A stretch of 64,000 nt of DNA. Origin: Syntrophorhabdaceae bacterium. GTDB taxonomy: Bacteria; Desulfobacterota; Syntrophorhabdia; Syntrophorhabdales; Syntrophorhabdaceae. Within the stretch, counting starts at the first letter, position 1, and each line of letters opens with the position of its first letter. The position numbers and the translations under genes are program-made. The stretch spans positions 384,001 through 448,000 of the forward strand of contig CAXXUO010000001.1 in NCBI GenBank assembly GCA_963666485.2, given 5' to 3'. Positions 29,220 to 38,404 of this stretch are shown here, in pieces. The notes below the pieces were generated by a model. It saw nothing but the letters and a program-made list of their open reading frames with translations. It was not told where the DNA came from and made no database searches.

Positions 29220-30818
29220 TTACTGTTTCTTGAACTCTTTTTCCATCGCTTCCTTCGCGGGTTTTACGTACATGTCGCGAAGTTTCGGTTTTTCGATCTT
29301 GCCGGCGGGGTTCCTGGGGATGGTCGTGTATACCATCTTTTCCGGCCATTTGTACTTCGCAAGGCCTTTTTCCTTCACGAAGTTGATGATCTCTTCGTCG
29401 ACTATGGTCTCGCCCTCTTTCGGCTGGATGATCGCCATAACGATCTCGACGAGCCTGGGGTGCGGGTAACCGAGGACTGCGACGTCCATGACCTTCGGGT
29501 GTTTCCTCAAAGCGTCTTCGATCTCGGCCGGGAAGATGTTCTCGCCGCCGCGGATGATGAGGTCTTTCGCCCTGTCGGCGAAGAAGATGAAACCTTCGTC
29601 ATCTTTGTAGGCAAGGTCGCCCGTGTAGAGCCAGCCGTCCTTGATCGTCTTGGCGGTCATTTCAGGGTTGAATGCATATTCTTTCATGAGGCGCGGGCCT
29701 TTGAGGAGAAGCTCGCCTACGCCGCCCGCGGGCAGTTCCTGGCCTGTTCCCGGGTCGATGACCTTGGCTTCCATGAATACGGTGGCCTTTCCGATGGAGC
29801 CCGGTTTTCTCATAATGTCTGCGTCATAGCAGTTCGTAAGACCGCCGCCGCCGCCTTCCGTGATGCCGTAGATGTTGGCTATCGGCAGTTTCGGGAATAT
29901 CTTCTTTGAATCCTCGAGCAGGACGTACGGTACAGGCTGTGCGCCTATCTCGATGTGGCTGAGTGCGGACAGGTCATACTTCGAAAGGTCGACCTGACCT
30001 GTCTTGATGGCGTTGATGACATCCGACCAGGTCGGGACCGTGTTCCAGCCGCCCGTGCACTTTTCGTCGGCCATGCTTCTCAGGTAAAATTCCGGCTGTG
30101 TTTCCATTGCCATGAGGACCTTGCCTGCGGCAATGTAGCAGGGGAACGACAGGAACAGCGTGCCGCTGTGGTAGAACGGGTGCGGCGCCAGATATACGCT
30201 GTTGTAGCCTTCATTGTAGGTCATCGCGTTGCCGAGACCTATGTGGAGCAGGCTGTCGTGTGTGTGGGAGACCGGTTTCGGTGCGCCGGTCGTACCCGAC
30301 GTGAACATGAGCTCTGCCATGTCATCGCTTTTTGTCTCGACACAAACGGGTGTTGCATCGCCCTTTGTCGCAATTTCCATATATGATTTTGTTCCGGCGG
30401 GGATCTTGTCGCCGAGGCAAATAAAGTTCTTGCAATAGTCCATATCTTTCATTATGGGTTCTACGCGGGCGTTGAACTGTTCGCCGAACATAAACACTTT
30501 GCACTTCGTAACATCGGCTGCGTACTTGATGTCGTCGCTGGCAAAACGGAAATTAAGCGGAGTTACGGTTGCGCCGGTCTTGAGCACGGCGATGAAGCTT
30601 GCATACCATTCCATGCAGTTCATCATGAGGTGAACAACGATGTCGCCTTTCTTGATGCCGCAATCCTTGATCAGGTAGTTGGCGACGCGATTTGCCTGGT
30701 CATCGAACTCTTTCCAGGTCAGGCTCCGGCGCTGGTTCTTGGACGGATAGCTCTCGATAATGAACTCTCGACTGGGAAATTTGCTCGCATTGAGGCCCGA
30801 AAACATTGCAAAATTCAT
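29220..30818 (-). CDS. Acyl-CoA synthetase / AMP-binding enzyme
   Basis: FTSGTTGAPK, YGITE, LYTGDL, IRGGENIFP, PRNPAGK. Confidence 0.95.
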   Translation of the reverse strand: MNFAMFSGLNASKFPSREFIIESYPSKNQRRSLTWKEFDDQANRVANYLIKDCGIKKGDIVVHLMMNCMEWYASFIAVLKTGATVTPLNFRFASDDIKYAADVTKCKVFMFGEQFNARVEPIMKDMDYCKNFICLGDKIPAGTKSYMEIATKGDATPVCVETKSDDMAELMFTSGTTGAPKPVSHTHDSLLHIGLGNAMTYNEGYNSVYLAPHPFYHSGTLFLSFPCYIAAGKVLMAMETQPEFYLRSMADEKCTGGWNTVPTWSDVINAIKTGQVDLSKYDLSALSHIEIGAQPVPYVLLEDSKKIFPKLPIANIYGITEGGGGGLTNCYDADIMRKPGSIGKATVFMEAKVIDPGTGQELPAGGVGELLLKGPRLMKEYAFNPEMTAKTIKDGWLYTGDLAYKDDEGFIFFADRAKDLIIRGGENIFPAEIEDALRKHPKVMDVAVLGYPHPRLVEIVMAIIQPKEGETIVDEEIINFVKEKGLAKYKWPEKMVYTTIPRNPAGKIEKPKLRDMYVKPAKEAMEKEFKKQ

Positions 30819-30941
30819 AATAACCCTCCTTGGTTAAACGCTTTTTTTTTATTGCTTTAAGTCCCAACAGCATGATAAAAAGAATTAGGATTCTTTGTCA
30901 ACAGTATTTTCAAAACCAAATACCTTCAGGAGGTCCCCCCC

Positions 30942-32525
30942 ATGGCAGAAGTCTTCACACACATCGGTGAAATTTTGGCACGGAACGCGCGCATGTACCC
31001 CAATGATGTAGCTCTCGTTGAACGCATACCCGCTGAGAAAAAGAGAATCGAACTGACCTGGAAGCAGTTTGACGACCAGGCCAACCAGTTTTCCAACGCC
31101 CTGGCAAAGATGGGCGCGAAAAAAGGCGACAAGATAGTCCATTTCATGAACAACTCCACGAAATGGCTCGTTGCCTATTTCGGCATTATCAGGACAGGGG
31201 CCTGGGTCGTACCCCTCAATTTCCGTTTTACGGCAGAAGATGTCAAATATTGCAGTGACGTTGCAGAACCCTCCATCATGGTTTTTGACGAAGAGTTCAC
31301 AGATAGGATCGAAGCGATAAAAGATCAGCTCCCCGGCGTGAAGAAATACATTGTCGTAGGCGACAAGGTCCCGGCGTGGGCAGAGTCATACGATAAGGTC
31401 ATCGCATCCGAATCGACCGCAAACTTGAACGTTACGCTCCTTCCGACCGACGAGTGCGGTCTTTACTTCACATCAGGCACGACGGGCCAGCCGAAACCGA
31501 TCCTCCTGACCCATCTCAACATGTTCACCGCCTGCGTGACGGAGAATGCACACCACTATCAGAAAAAGAACGACTGCTTCATCCTCATCCCGCCGCTCTA
31601 CCATACGGGCGCGAAGATGCACTGGTTCGGCAGCTTCATCGTCGGCAGCAAGGCAGTTATCCTGAAAGGCGTGTCCCCGGAATGGACCCTCGAGGCAGTG
31701 AGCGAAGAGGGCGGCACCATCGTGTGGCTCCTCGTTCCCTGGGCGCAGGACATCCTGCTCAAATTCGACAAGGGCGAGATGAAGCCGTCAAACTACAAAC
31801 TCGACCAGTGGCGCCTCATGCACATAGGCGCACAGCCCGTTCCCCCGGCGCTCATCAAGCACTGGAAAGAATATTTCCCGGGTATGGACTACGACACGAA
31901 CTTCGGCCTCTCCGAATCGACCGGCCCCGGCTGCGTGCACCTCGGGCTTGGCAACGAGCATAAGATCGGCGCGATCGGCATCCCCGGCTTCAACTGGGAA
32001 TTCAAGATCGTTGACGAAAATAACGTGACCGTGAAAGCCGGCGAGCCGGGCGAACTGTGCGTCCGCGGGAACGGCGTCATGCGCGAATACTACAAAAACC
32101 CCGAAGCGACGAAGAAAAGCCTTATCGACGGCTGGCTCATGACCGGCGACATGGCGCGTGTAGACGAAGACGGATTCATCTGGCTCGTCGACAGGAAGAA
32201 GGACATCATCATCACCGGCGGCGAGAACGTCTTCCCCGTCGAAGTCGAGGATTTCTTCTATACCAACCCGAAGATCAAGGACGCCGCAGCGATAGGCATT
32301 CCCGATGACCGCCTTGGCGAGATCGTCACCGTCGTTATCGAGCTCAAACCGGGCGAGACAATGACCGAAGAAGAAGCGATCAAGTTCTGCGAGCCGCTGC
32401 CGCGGTACAAGAGGCCGAGGAAGGTCTTCTTCGCCCCTGTGCCCCGCAACCCGACCGGCAAGATCGAGAAACCCAAACTGAGAAAGCAGTTCTCAGGCAT
32501 GGAAGAGGCATTCAAGGTCAAATAA
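30942..32525 (+). CDS. Acyl-CoA synthetase / AMP-binding enzyme
   Basis: FTSGTTGQPK, FGLSE, MTGDM, ITGGENVFP, PRNPTGK. Confidence 0.95.
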   Translation: MAEVFTHIGEILARNARMYPNDVALVERIPAEKKRIELTWKQFDDQANQFSNALAKMGAKKGDKIVHFMNNSTKWLVAYFGIIRTGAWVVPLNFRFTAEDVKYCSDVAEPSIMVFDEEFTDRIEAIKDQLPGVKKYIVVGDKVPAWAESYDKVIASESTANLNVTLLPTDECGLYFTSGTTGQPKPILLTHLNMFTACVTENAHHYQKKNDCFILIPPLYHTGAKMHWFGSFIVGSKAVILKGVSPEWTLEAVSEEGGTIVWLLVPWAQDILLKFDKGEMKPSNYKLDQWRLMHIGAQPVPPALIKHWKEYFPGMDYDTNFGLSESTGPGCVHLGLGNEHKIGAIGIPGFNWEFKIVDENNVTVKAGEPGELCVRGNGVMREYYKNPEATKKSLIDGWLMTGDMARVDEDGFIWLVDRKKDIIITGGENVFPVEVEDFFYTNPKIKDAAAIGIPDDRLGEIVTVVIELKPGETMTEEEAIKFCEPLPRYKRPRKVFFAPVPRNPTGKIEKPKLRKQFSGMEEAFKVK

Positions 32526-32543
32526 GGAACGAAACGTACGGAA

Positions 32544-32573
32544 GGCCGGGACGAAAGTCCCGGCCCTTCTTTT
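32544..32573 (+). terminator. Rho-independent terminator
   Basis: GGCCGGGAC-GAAA-GTCCCGGCC-CTTCTTTT. Confidence 0.85.
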
Positions 32574-32600
32574 ATAAACTCGTTCGGAAGAGGATCGAAA

Positions 32601-33293
32601 GTGTCTCCAAAAAAGCGTACCCTCGAAGAAACAATCGGCTACCACTTCAAAAACAGGGAGTTGTACAATCAGGCAGTGACCCACAGTTCCTGCTTCAATG
32701 AAAAGAGGGATGCCAAGCGCTCCGATAATGAAAAACTTGAATTCCTGGGCGATGCGATCCTCAACACGGTCATCAGCGTAATCCTCTACAAGCGCTTTCG
32801 CGGCAGGGACGAGGGCTTCCTGAGCAATGCCCGCTCGAGCCTCGTGAAGCGCGAGACGCTCACCGCCATTGCCAAAGAGATCAACCTCCACCATCACATG
32901 AGCTACGGGAACGGGGACGGGGTGGTGCCCGAAGAGTCCAAGGTCCTCTCGAACATGATGGAGGCCCTGATCGGGGCCCTGTACCTCGACAGCGGAATCC
33001 GCAACACCACGAAAGCCATTCGGAAACTCTTTCTGCCCTATTTTACCGAAGAAAAGCTCACCGAAAAGAACCCCAAGAACATCCTGCAGGAGCTTTCCCA
33101 GAAGAAATGGGGAATGCTCCCCCGGTACAAGTTCCCCCGCAAGATCAAGGACGGTTTCGCCGTCATGGTCTTCGTCGGAAAGGATTTCAAGGCGCGCGGC
33201 ACCGGGAAAAGCAAAAAAGAGGCCGAGCAGACGGCGGCGCGTTGCCTTTTGGAAGTACTGGCGGAGCAAGAGCGGGAAGAAGTGACCTGCTAA
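32601..33293 (+). CDS. rnc: Ribonuclease III
   Basis: THSS, NEKLEFLGDAIL, EALIGALYLD, dsRBD (GKSKKEAEQ). Confidence 0.95.
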   Translation: MSPKKRTLEETIGYHFKNRELYNQAVTHSSCFNEKRDAKRSDNEKLEFLGDAILNTVISVILYKRFRGRDEGFLSNARSSLVKRETLTAIAKEINLHHHMSYGNGDGVVPEESKVLSNMMEALIGALYLDSGIRNTTKAIRKLFLPYFTEEKLTEKNPKNILQELSQKKWGMLPRYKFPRKIKDGFAVMVFVGKDFKARGTGKSKKEAEQTAARCLLEVLAEQEREEVTC

Positions 33294-33326
33294 AACCGTA
33301 AAACGCAAGACGTAAAACGAAAGCGA

Positions 33327-34856
33327 TTAGTCACATCTTGCGTCTTGCGTCTTGCGTTTTACGATCATTCCCACCGCAATCATCCCTACCAGCAACCCCA
33401 GACATACGACGATAAAATAGTCCCCATGCCTCACATAAAAGGTTTGAGTATTCTTCAGTGCGTACTTTCCGCGCAGCACCTCTTCCGTGAAAATCGGGGT
33501 CTTGCCCTCAATGCGTCCCCGCGGGTCTATTATGGAGCTGATGCCGGTGTTCGCGGCCCGCAGGATGTACCTGTCGGTCTCGATCGCACGGAAGACGTAG
33601 AAGGCGAAATGCTGGTACGGGGCGGATGTCCTGTTGTACCATGCGTCATTCGTCAGGTTGACGAGGACCTCAGCACCCTGCCGTACGGTCTCGTTCGTAA
33701 TGTAGGGGAAGATGCCCTCAAAGCAGATGAGGACGCCGATCTTGCCCACGTCCGTTTCGATGGGAAAGTGCCCCTCGCCGGGCTTGAAATCGGCGCCTAT
33801 CGCCGTCAGTTTCGCGAGGAACGGGAAGTAGGAGACCACCGGGGTGTATTCCCCGAACGGAACGAGGTGGACCTTGTTGTATATCCCGGTCGTATAGCCG
33901 CCGGAGTCGACATAGCGGACCGTGTTGAGCAGGTTGCCGGTGCTCAGGATCCCCACGGTGCCATAGAGCAGGCGGGACTTGAGCAAAACGGGGACGGATT
34001 TCACGTACCTGTACGCGGCCGGGTCCTTCTCAAGCAGGAACGGCATGGCCGTCTCCGGCCATATGATGATGTCCGCCCCCTGTGCGAGGCCGAAGCTCAG
34101 CCGGTAATACTTGTTCACCGTCATCATCTTGGACGATTCGTCCCACTTGATGTCCTGACCGATATTCCCCTGGACGATCGCGGCCTCGAATTTGACAGGG
34201 TCCCGGTCCTTGAGCCTCACGAAGCCGTATGCGAGGGACGAGGCAAAAAGGGCGGCGATAATAAGGGTGAAGATAACGGGTATCCTCCGGCGGGCCCACA
34301 CCGAGCAGATGATCCCGTTCACCGCAACGATGAGGAAAGAAATAAAGAACGTCCCCGTCACGGACACGACCTCGATCAGATGGAGAAAACCGAACTGGGA
34401 ATGGCCGAGGTATGACCAGGGGAAACCCGTCATGACCACGCCGCGCGCATATTCAAGGATGACCCATAGGGGCGCTGCCGCAAGGTAGACCGGGACGGAT
34501 GCCCTCTTCTCCAGGAAGGCGCAAGATAGCGTGAAAACACCCGAGTAAAGGGAGAGGTATGCAACGAAAAGGACGAGTATCAGGATGCTTAAGGGGATGT
34601 TGATCCCGCCGTACTGGTTCATTGCCACAACGACCCAGTAGATCGTCCCGAGCCAGGCAACGACGCCGGCCGCACAGCCCCTGAAAAAGGACAGACGCAG
34701 GTTGTCTTTATCGATGCTGTATAAAAGCGGCACAAGGGCGATAAAGGCGAGCGGGGAAAGGGATACGGGCGGCTGGACGGTAATGAGCAGGACTCCCGAG
34801 AGCATGGCAAGCCCGTACTGTTTCATGATCTTAGAAAAAAAGCCAGAGCCCGCCAT
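33327..34856 (-). CDS. lnt: Apolipoprotein N-acyltransferase
   Basis: GFPW, VQGNI, WPET, KVHLVPFGEY, ICFE, TNDAW, RAANTGIS. Confidence 0.96.
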   Translation of the reverse strand: MAGSGFFSKIMKQYGLAMLSGVLLITVQPPVSLSPLAFIALVPLLYSIDKDNLRLSFFRGCAAGVVAWLGTIYWVVVAMNQYGGINIPLSILILVLFVAYLSLYSGVFTLSCAFLEKRASVPVYLAAAPLWVILEYARGVVMTGFPWSYLGHSQFGFLHLIEVVSVTGTFFISFLIVAVNGIICSVWARRRIPVIFTLIIAALFASSLAYGFVRLKDRDPVKFEAAIVQGNIGQDIKWDESSKMMTVNKYYRLSFGLAQGADIIIWPETAMPFLLEKDPAAYRYVKSVPVLLKSRLLYGTVGILSTGNLLNTVRYVDSGGYTTGIYNKVHLVPFGEYTPVVSYFPFLAKLTAIGADFKPGEGHFPIETDVGKIGVLICFEGIFPYITNETVRQGAEVLVNLTNDAWYNRTSAPYQHFAFYVFRAIETDRYILRAANTGISSIIDPRGRIEGKTPIFTEEVLRGKYALKNTQTFYVRHGDYFIVVCLGLLVGMIAVGMIVKRKTQDARCD

Positions 34857-34904
34857 ACCGATGTAAACCTCCGTTACGAAATGATGCCGTTCTTTTGTTC
34901 CCGG

Positions 34905-35366
34905 TCAGGAAAGTTCAGCCGCGAGCGCCAGGAAATCGGGGTCGTCACGAACGAGCCCCATCAGTTTTTTCTCCCGGTACCGCATCTTCCGCGCCTCGGG
35001 GCCGCCCCCGACGTGATCATATCCCAGGATATGCACGAGGCCGTGGACGATAAGGCTAAGGAGCCTTTCGTAAAAAGGGATACCGGCGTTGCGGGCCTCC
35101 TCGGCGGCGCGCTCAACCGAGACGATTATGTCCCCGAGGGCCTCGCCGGGCATGCCGTCGAGATAGGAAAACGAGATCACGTTGGTCGGATGGTCTTTCC
35201 CGAAGAATTCCCTGTTCATGACGGTGATCTTCCTGTCATCAACAAGAAGAATGCTCAGGTCCCTATCCTGAAGCTTTAAAGAGGCCAGTAATTCCCCGGT
35301 TACGCTCGCGATTCGCTTTCGCTCGATCTTCATCAGTCTTTGGGAGTTTTTTATCAGTACCGCCAT
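34905..35366 (-). CDS. ybeY: rRNA maturation endoribonuclease YbeY
   Basis: PTNVISF, LGDI, HGLVHILGYDH. Confidence 0.95.
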   Translation of the reverse strand: MAVLIKNSQRLMKIERKRIASVTGELLASLKLQDRDLSILLVDDRKITVMNREFFGKDHPTNVISFSYLDGMPGEALGDIIVSVERAAEEARNAGIPFYERLLSLIVHGLVHILGYDHVGGGPEARKMRYREKKLMGLVRDDPDFLALAAELS

Positions 35367-36969
35367 TCTGTGTCCTTTCCGGATATTCGACGCGATGATG
35401 GAAGATTCCGATGAGAATGGTGATGAAGCTCCTCTGGATCGCGTGGAGGTCCTTCAGCGTCAGCTCGCATTCGTCAAGCTGGCCGTCAAGGAATATGTTC
35501 TCGATGATGCGCTGCACGTGGAGCTCGATCCTTTTTGGTGTAGGATCGTCGAGCACCCGGGAAGCGGCCTCCGCGGCATCCGCCAGCATGATGATGCCGG
35601 CCTCTTTTGTCTGGGGCTTCGGGCCCGGATAGCGAAAATCCTTTTCCTCGATGACATGCAGCGACGGGTCTTCCTGCTCTTTCGCCTTGGTGTAAAAAAA
35701 GCTTGTGAGCGATGTGCCGTGATGCTGTTTGATAATAGCGGTCAATTTGCGCCCGAGCTTGTATTCTTTCGCGAGTTCGACGCCTTCCTTGACATGGGAC
35801 ATGATTATGAGGGAGCTCATGCTCGGGGTGATGCCCGCGTGGGCGTCATCCCCGGCCACCCTGTTCTCTATGTAATAGCGGGGCATCTTCAATTTTCCAA
35901 TGTCATGGTAGTATGAAGCGACCCGGGTCAAAAGCGGATGGGCCCCGATGGCCTCCGCGGCCGCCTTCGACAGGTTGCCCACTACGATGCTGTGATGGTA
36001 CGTCCCCGGGGCATTGAGCATCATGTCGCCCAGCAGCGGGTGTTCGAGGTTGGCAAGTTCCAGGAGCTTGATATCGGTCGTATAATCAAATATGTTCTCG
36101 ATGACCGGAAGGATGCCAAGCACGATGAAACTCCCGGCGATCCCGTTGATGAGAACGAGTGTGACCCTTAAAGAGACACTGCCGGCCGACCGCCCCGTAA
36201 AGACATCGCTCGCAAGCATGAAAAGGCACATCAGGAAGGCCGTGTAGAGCCCGGCCTTGAGTATCGTGTTCCGGTTTTCGCATTTCCCGGAAAAATACGC
36301 CCCCAGTATCGAACCGGCGAATGTGTAGAGGAAAACCCTGAGGCTGTTCTCAAAAGCGAAGGCGAGCGTCGCGGCGTAGACAACCGAAAAGATGATCGCG
36401 ATCTCTGAAAAGAGCACGATACGGATAACCATCGCAAAGACAAAAACAGGGATGACGTAGAAAAGATCTTCGAGACGGCTCTGCGCGTAGCTCTCGAAGA
36501 TCAGGTAGAACGATTTGACGAGAACTACGCAGAACACGGTGAATATCGCGCAGAAGACGAGGTCTCTCTTCGACAGGTAGAATTTTTTTATGTTCTTCTC
36601 GGAGTATTCATACAGGATCGCGACGAGCAGGAAAAGTAGTACGAATACAGCCAGGAATTTCTTCACGACGAAGAAGTCGCGGCGTTCGAGGCTATTGTAT
36701 GCCGCTATTTTTCCCATCTGGCCCGCCGTGATCCTCTCGCCTTCGCGTACAATAACCTCTCCGCGCTTGACGGTGATGTCCGTTCCCGGAACGGTGAAAT
36801 CAATCGGGGCCTTTAAATTCTCCCGCGCGATATCGCCGAGCTGGTATTCGACCATGAAAAACGGGTTTTTGACGCTGACGAGAAGCGCTAACGCCACGGC
36901 AAGGCTGAGGAGGATCAGGAGCTTCCCGTAGCGCACGTACGAGGGAGGTTTATCCTTTCCATTCTGCAT
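35263..36969 (-). CDS. 7TM-HD family phosphohydrolase (PgpH-like)
   Basis: 7 TM region, APGTYHHS, YYHDIGK, QHHGT, MLADAAEAASR; conserved phoH-HD-ybeY context. Confidence 0.9.
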   Translation of the reverse strand: MQNGKDKPPSYVRYGKLLILLSLAVALALLVSVKNPFFMVEYQLGDIARENLKAPIDFTVPGTDITVKRGEVIVREGERITAGQMGKIAAYNSLERRDFFVVKKFLAVFVLLFLLVAILYEYSEKNIKKFYLSKRDLVFCAIFTVFCVVLVKSFYLIFESYAQSRLEDLFYVIPVFVFAMVIRIVLFSEIAIIFSVVYAATLAFAFENSLRVFLYTFAGSILGAYFSGKCENRNTILKAGLYTAFLMCLFMLASDVFTGRSAGSVSLRVTLVLINGIAGSFIVLGILPVIENIFDYTTDIKLLELANLEHPLLGDMMLNAPGTYHHSIVVGNLSKAAAEAIGAHPLLTRVASYYHDIGKLKMPRYYIENRVAGDDAHAGITPSMSSLIIMSHVKEGVELAKEYKLGRKLTAIIKQHHGTSLTSFFYTKAKEQEDPSLHVIEEKDFRYPGPKPQTKEAGIIMLADAAEAASRVLDDPTPKRIELHVQRIIENIFLDGQLDECELTLKDLHAIQRSFITILIGIFHHRVEYPERTQNGGTDKKLPKTDEDRAKANRERNRGITGLFKASG

Positions 36970-37954
36970 TCTTGGACCCCTCCAATTCCAGCCGCCGCGC
37001 CTCGTATGCCTTGATTATCTTCTGCACCAGGGGATGGCGCACAACGTCTTTTTCGGTAAAATGCACAAATTTTATCCCTTTGATATCCCTCAGGATAGTC
37101 CTTACCTCCACGAGCCCGCTCGTTTTTTTGTCGGGAAGGTCGATCTGGGTGATATCGCCGGTGATCACGGTCTTCGATGAGAACCCGAGCCGTGTGAGGA
37201 ACATTTTCATCTGTTCGGAGGCCGTATTCTGTGCCTCATCGAGTATGATAAAGGCATCGTTGAGCGTCCTGCCGCGCATGAACGCGAGAGGCGCTATCTC
37301 TATGACGCCCCTTTCTATCAGCCGTGTCGCCCTGTCCATGTCGACCATGTCGTACAGGGCATCGTAGAGCGGCCGCAGGTACGGGTTCACCTTCTCATAC
37401 ATGGTCCCCGGAAGGTACCCCAGCTTCTCACCCGCCTCGATCGCCGGGCGCGTAAGAACGATCCGCGAGACCTCCCTTCTGTAATAAGCCGCCAGCGCCA
37501 TGGCCATGGCGAGGTAGGTCTTGCCGGTTCCCGCGGGCCCGATGCCGATAACGACATCATATTTTTTCATGGCGTGCACGTATTGACGCTGGTTCTTGCT
37601 TTTGGGCGTGATGAGCTTTTTCGAGCCGGCTATGTAGACCTGGTCTTTTTCGATATCGGGTGTCGCCTGGTGGGCGTTCACGACAAACCTCACCGCATGG
37701 TCGATATCGGAGGCGCTGACCGGAAAACCTTTCTTTACAATACCATGGAGCTCGTTAATGACCTTCCCCGAATCCTCGATATCCTTCTTGCCGCCGATAA
37801 GGGTCAGGTGGTTTCCCCGGATGCTCGCCTTGATATTGAAATATTTCTTGAGATATTTGATGTTTTCTTCACGCGGCCCGAACAGACTTCTCGCCACGTT
37901 TATATCATCGAAGGATAGTCGTAAAAATCCTTCATCAGTTTTCTCTTCCAACAA
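36950..37954 (-). CDS. phoH: PhoH family ATPase
   Basis: GPAGTGKTYLA, RPAIEAGEKLG, FMRGRTL, DEAQN. Confidence 0.95.
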   Translation of the reverse strand: MLEEKTDEGFLRLSFDDINVARSLFGPREENIKYLKKYFNIKASIRGNHLTLIGGKKDIEDSGKVINELHGIVKKGFPVSASDIDHAVRFVVNAHQATPDIEKDQVYIAGSKKLITPKSKNQRQYVHAMKKYDVVIGIGPAGTGKTYLAMAMALAAYYRREVSRIVLTRPAIEAGEKLGYLPGTMYEKVNPYLRPLYDALYDMVDMDRATRLIERGVIEIAPLAFMRGRTLNDAFIILDEAQNTASEQMKMFLTRLGFSSKTVITGDITQIDLPDKKTSGLVEVRTILRDIKGIKFVHFTEKDVVRHPLVQKIIKAYEARRLELEGSKNAEWKG

Positions 37955-38042
37955 TCCTCTCTTTCTCCCGTAATATTAATCATTAATATAGCACAAATCA
38001 CCATTTTGCAACAGAATCTTAGCTAATCGGAAAAGACTGAAG

Positions 38043-38346
38043 GACGCCCTCTCTCGCCCGTTCGTCGCTTGCGCTCCTCTCTAGAGTCCCCAGAGTTCGC
38101 GGAGAAAGGCGGAGGCCGCGGGAGTCCGGAGCCGACCAGGCTCCCGCGGCACTTCGATCCTGCCCTTCAGGCAGGATGGACCGCTTGGACCGTTAATTTC
38201 CTTGTATTGTTTTTTTCTTTTCCTCGGCGAAGCCGATGAAAGCGCCGGCTGGTCGTGGTCGGCTCCGCGACCAGCCGGCAAAGTCTTTTTCCTTCGCAGT
38301 TCTCTGTGTTCTCTGTGAGCTCGAGCGAAGCGGGCGAGAGGGTGTC
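38043..38346. mobile_element. MITE-like structured non-coding element
   Basis: Imperfect terminal inverted repeats containing CTCTCGCCCG (38051-38060 / 38331-38340) and internal mirrored hairpins. Confidence 0.55.
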
Positions 38347-38404
38347 TTTTCTTTTCACCGTGAACTGTTTGAAATTGCAGATGGATTTGTATAGAATATG
38401 CGTC

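Noticed and set aside
28941..29349. ORFs with repeated FNRSTVQP
   Set aside because: Artefacts of the octamer array.
38255..38404. Longer start for REC-LpxC
   Set aside because: Runs through the MITE-like element; the REC domain starts at 38405, behind a good promoter.
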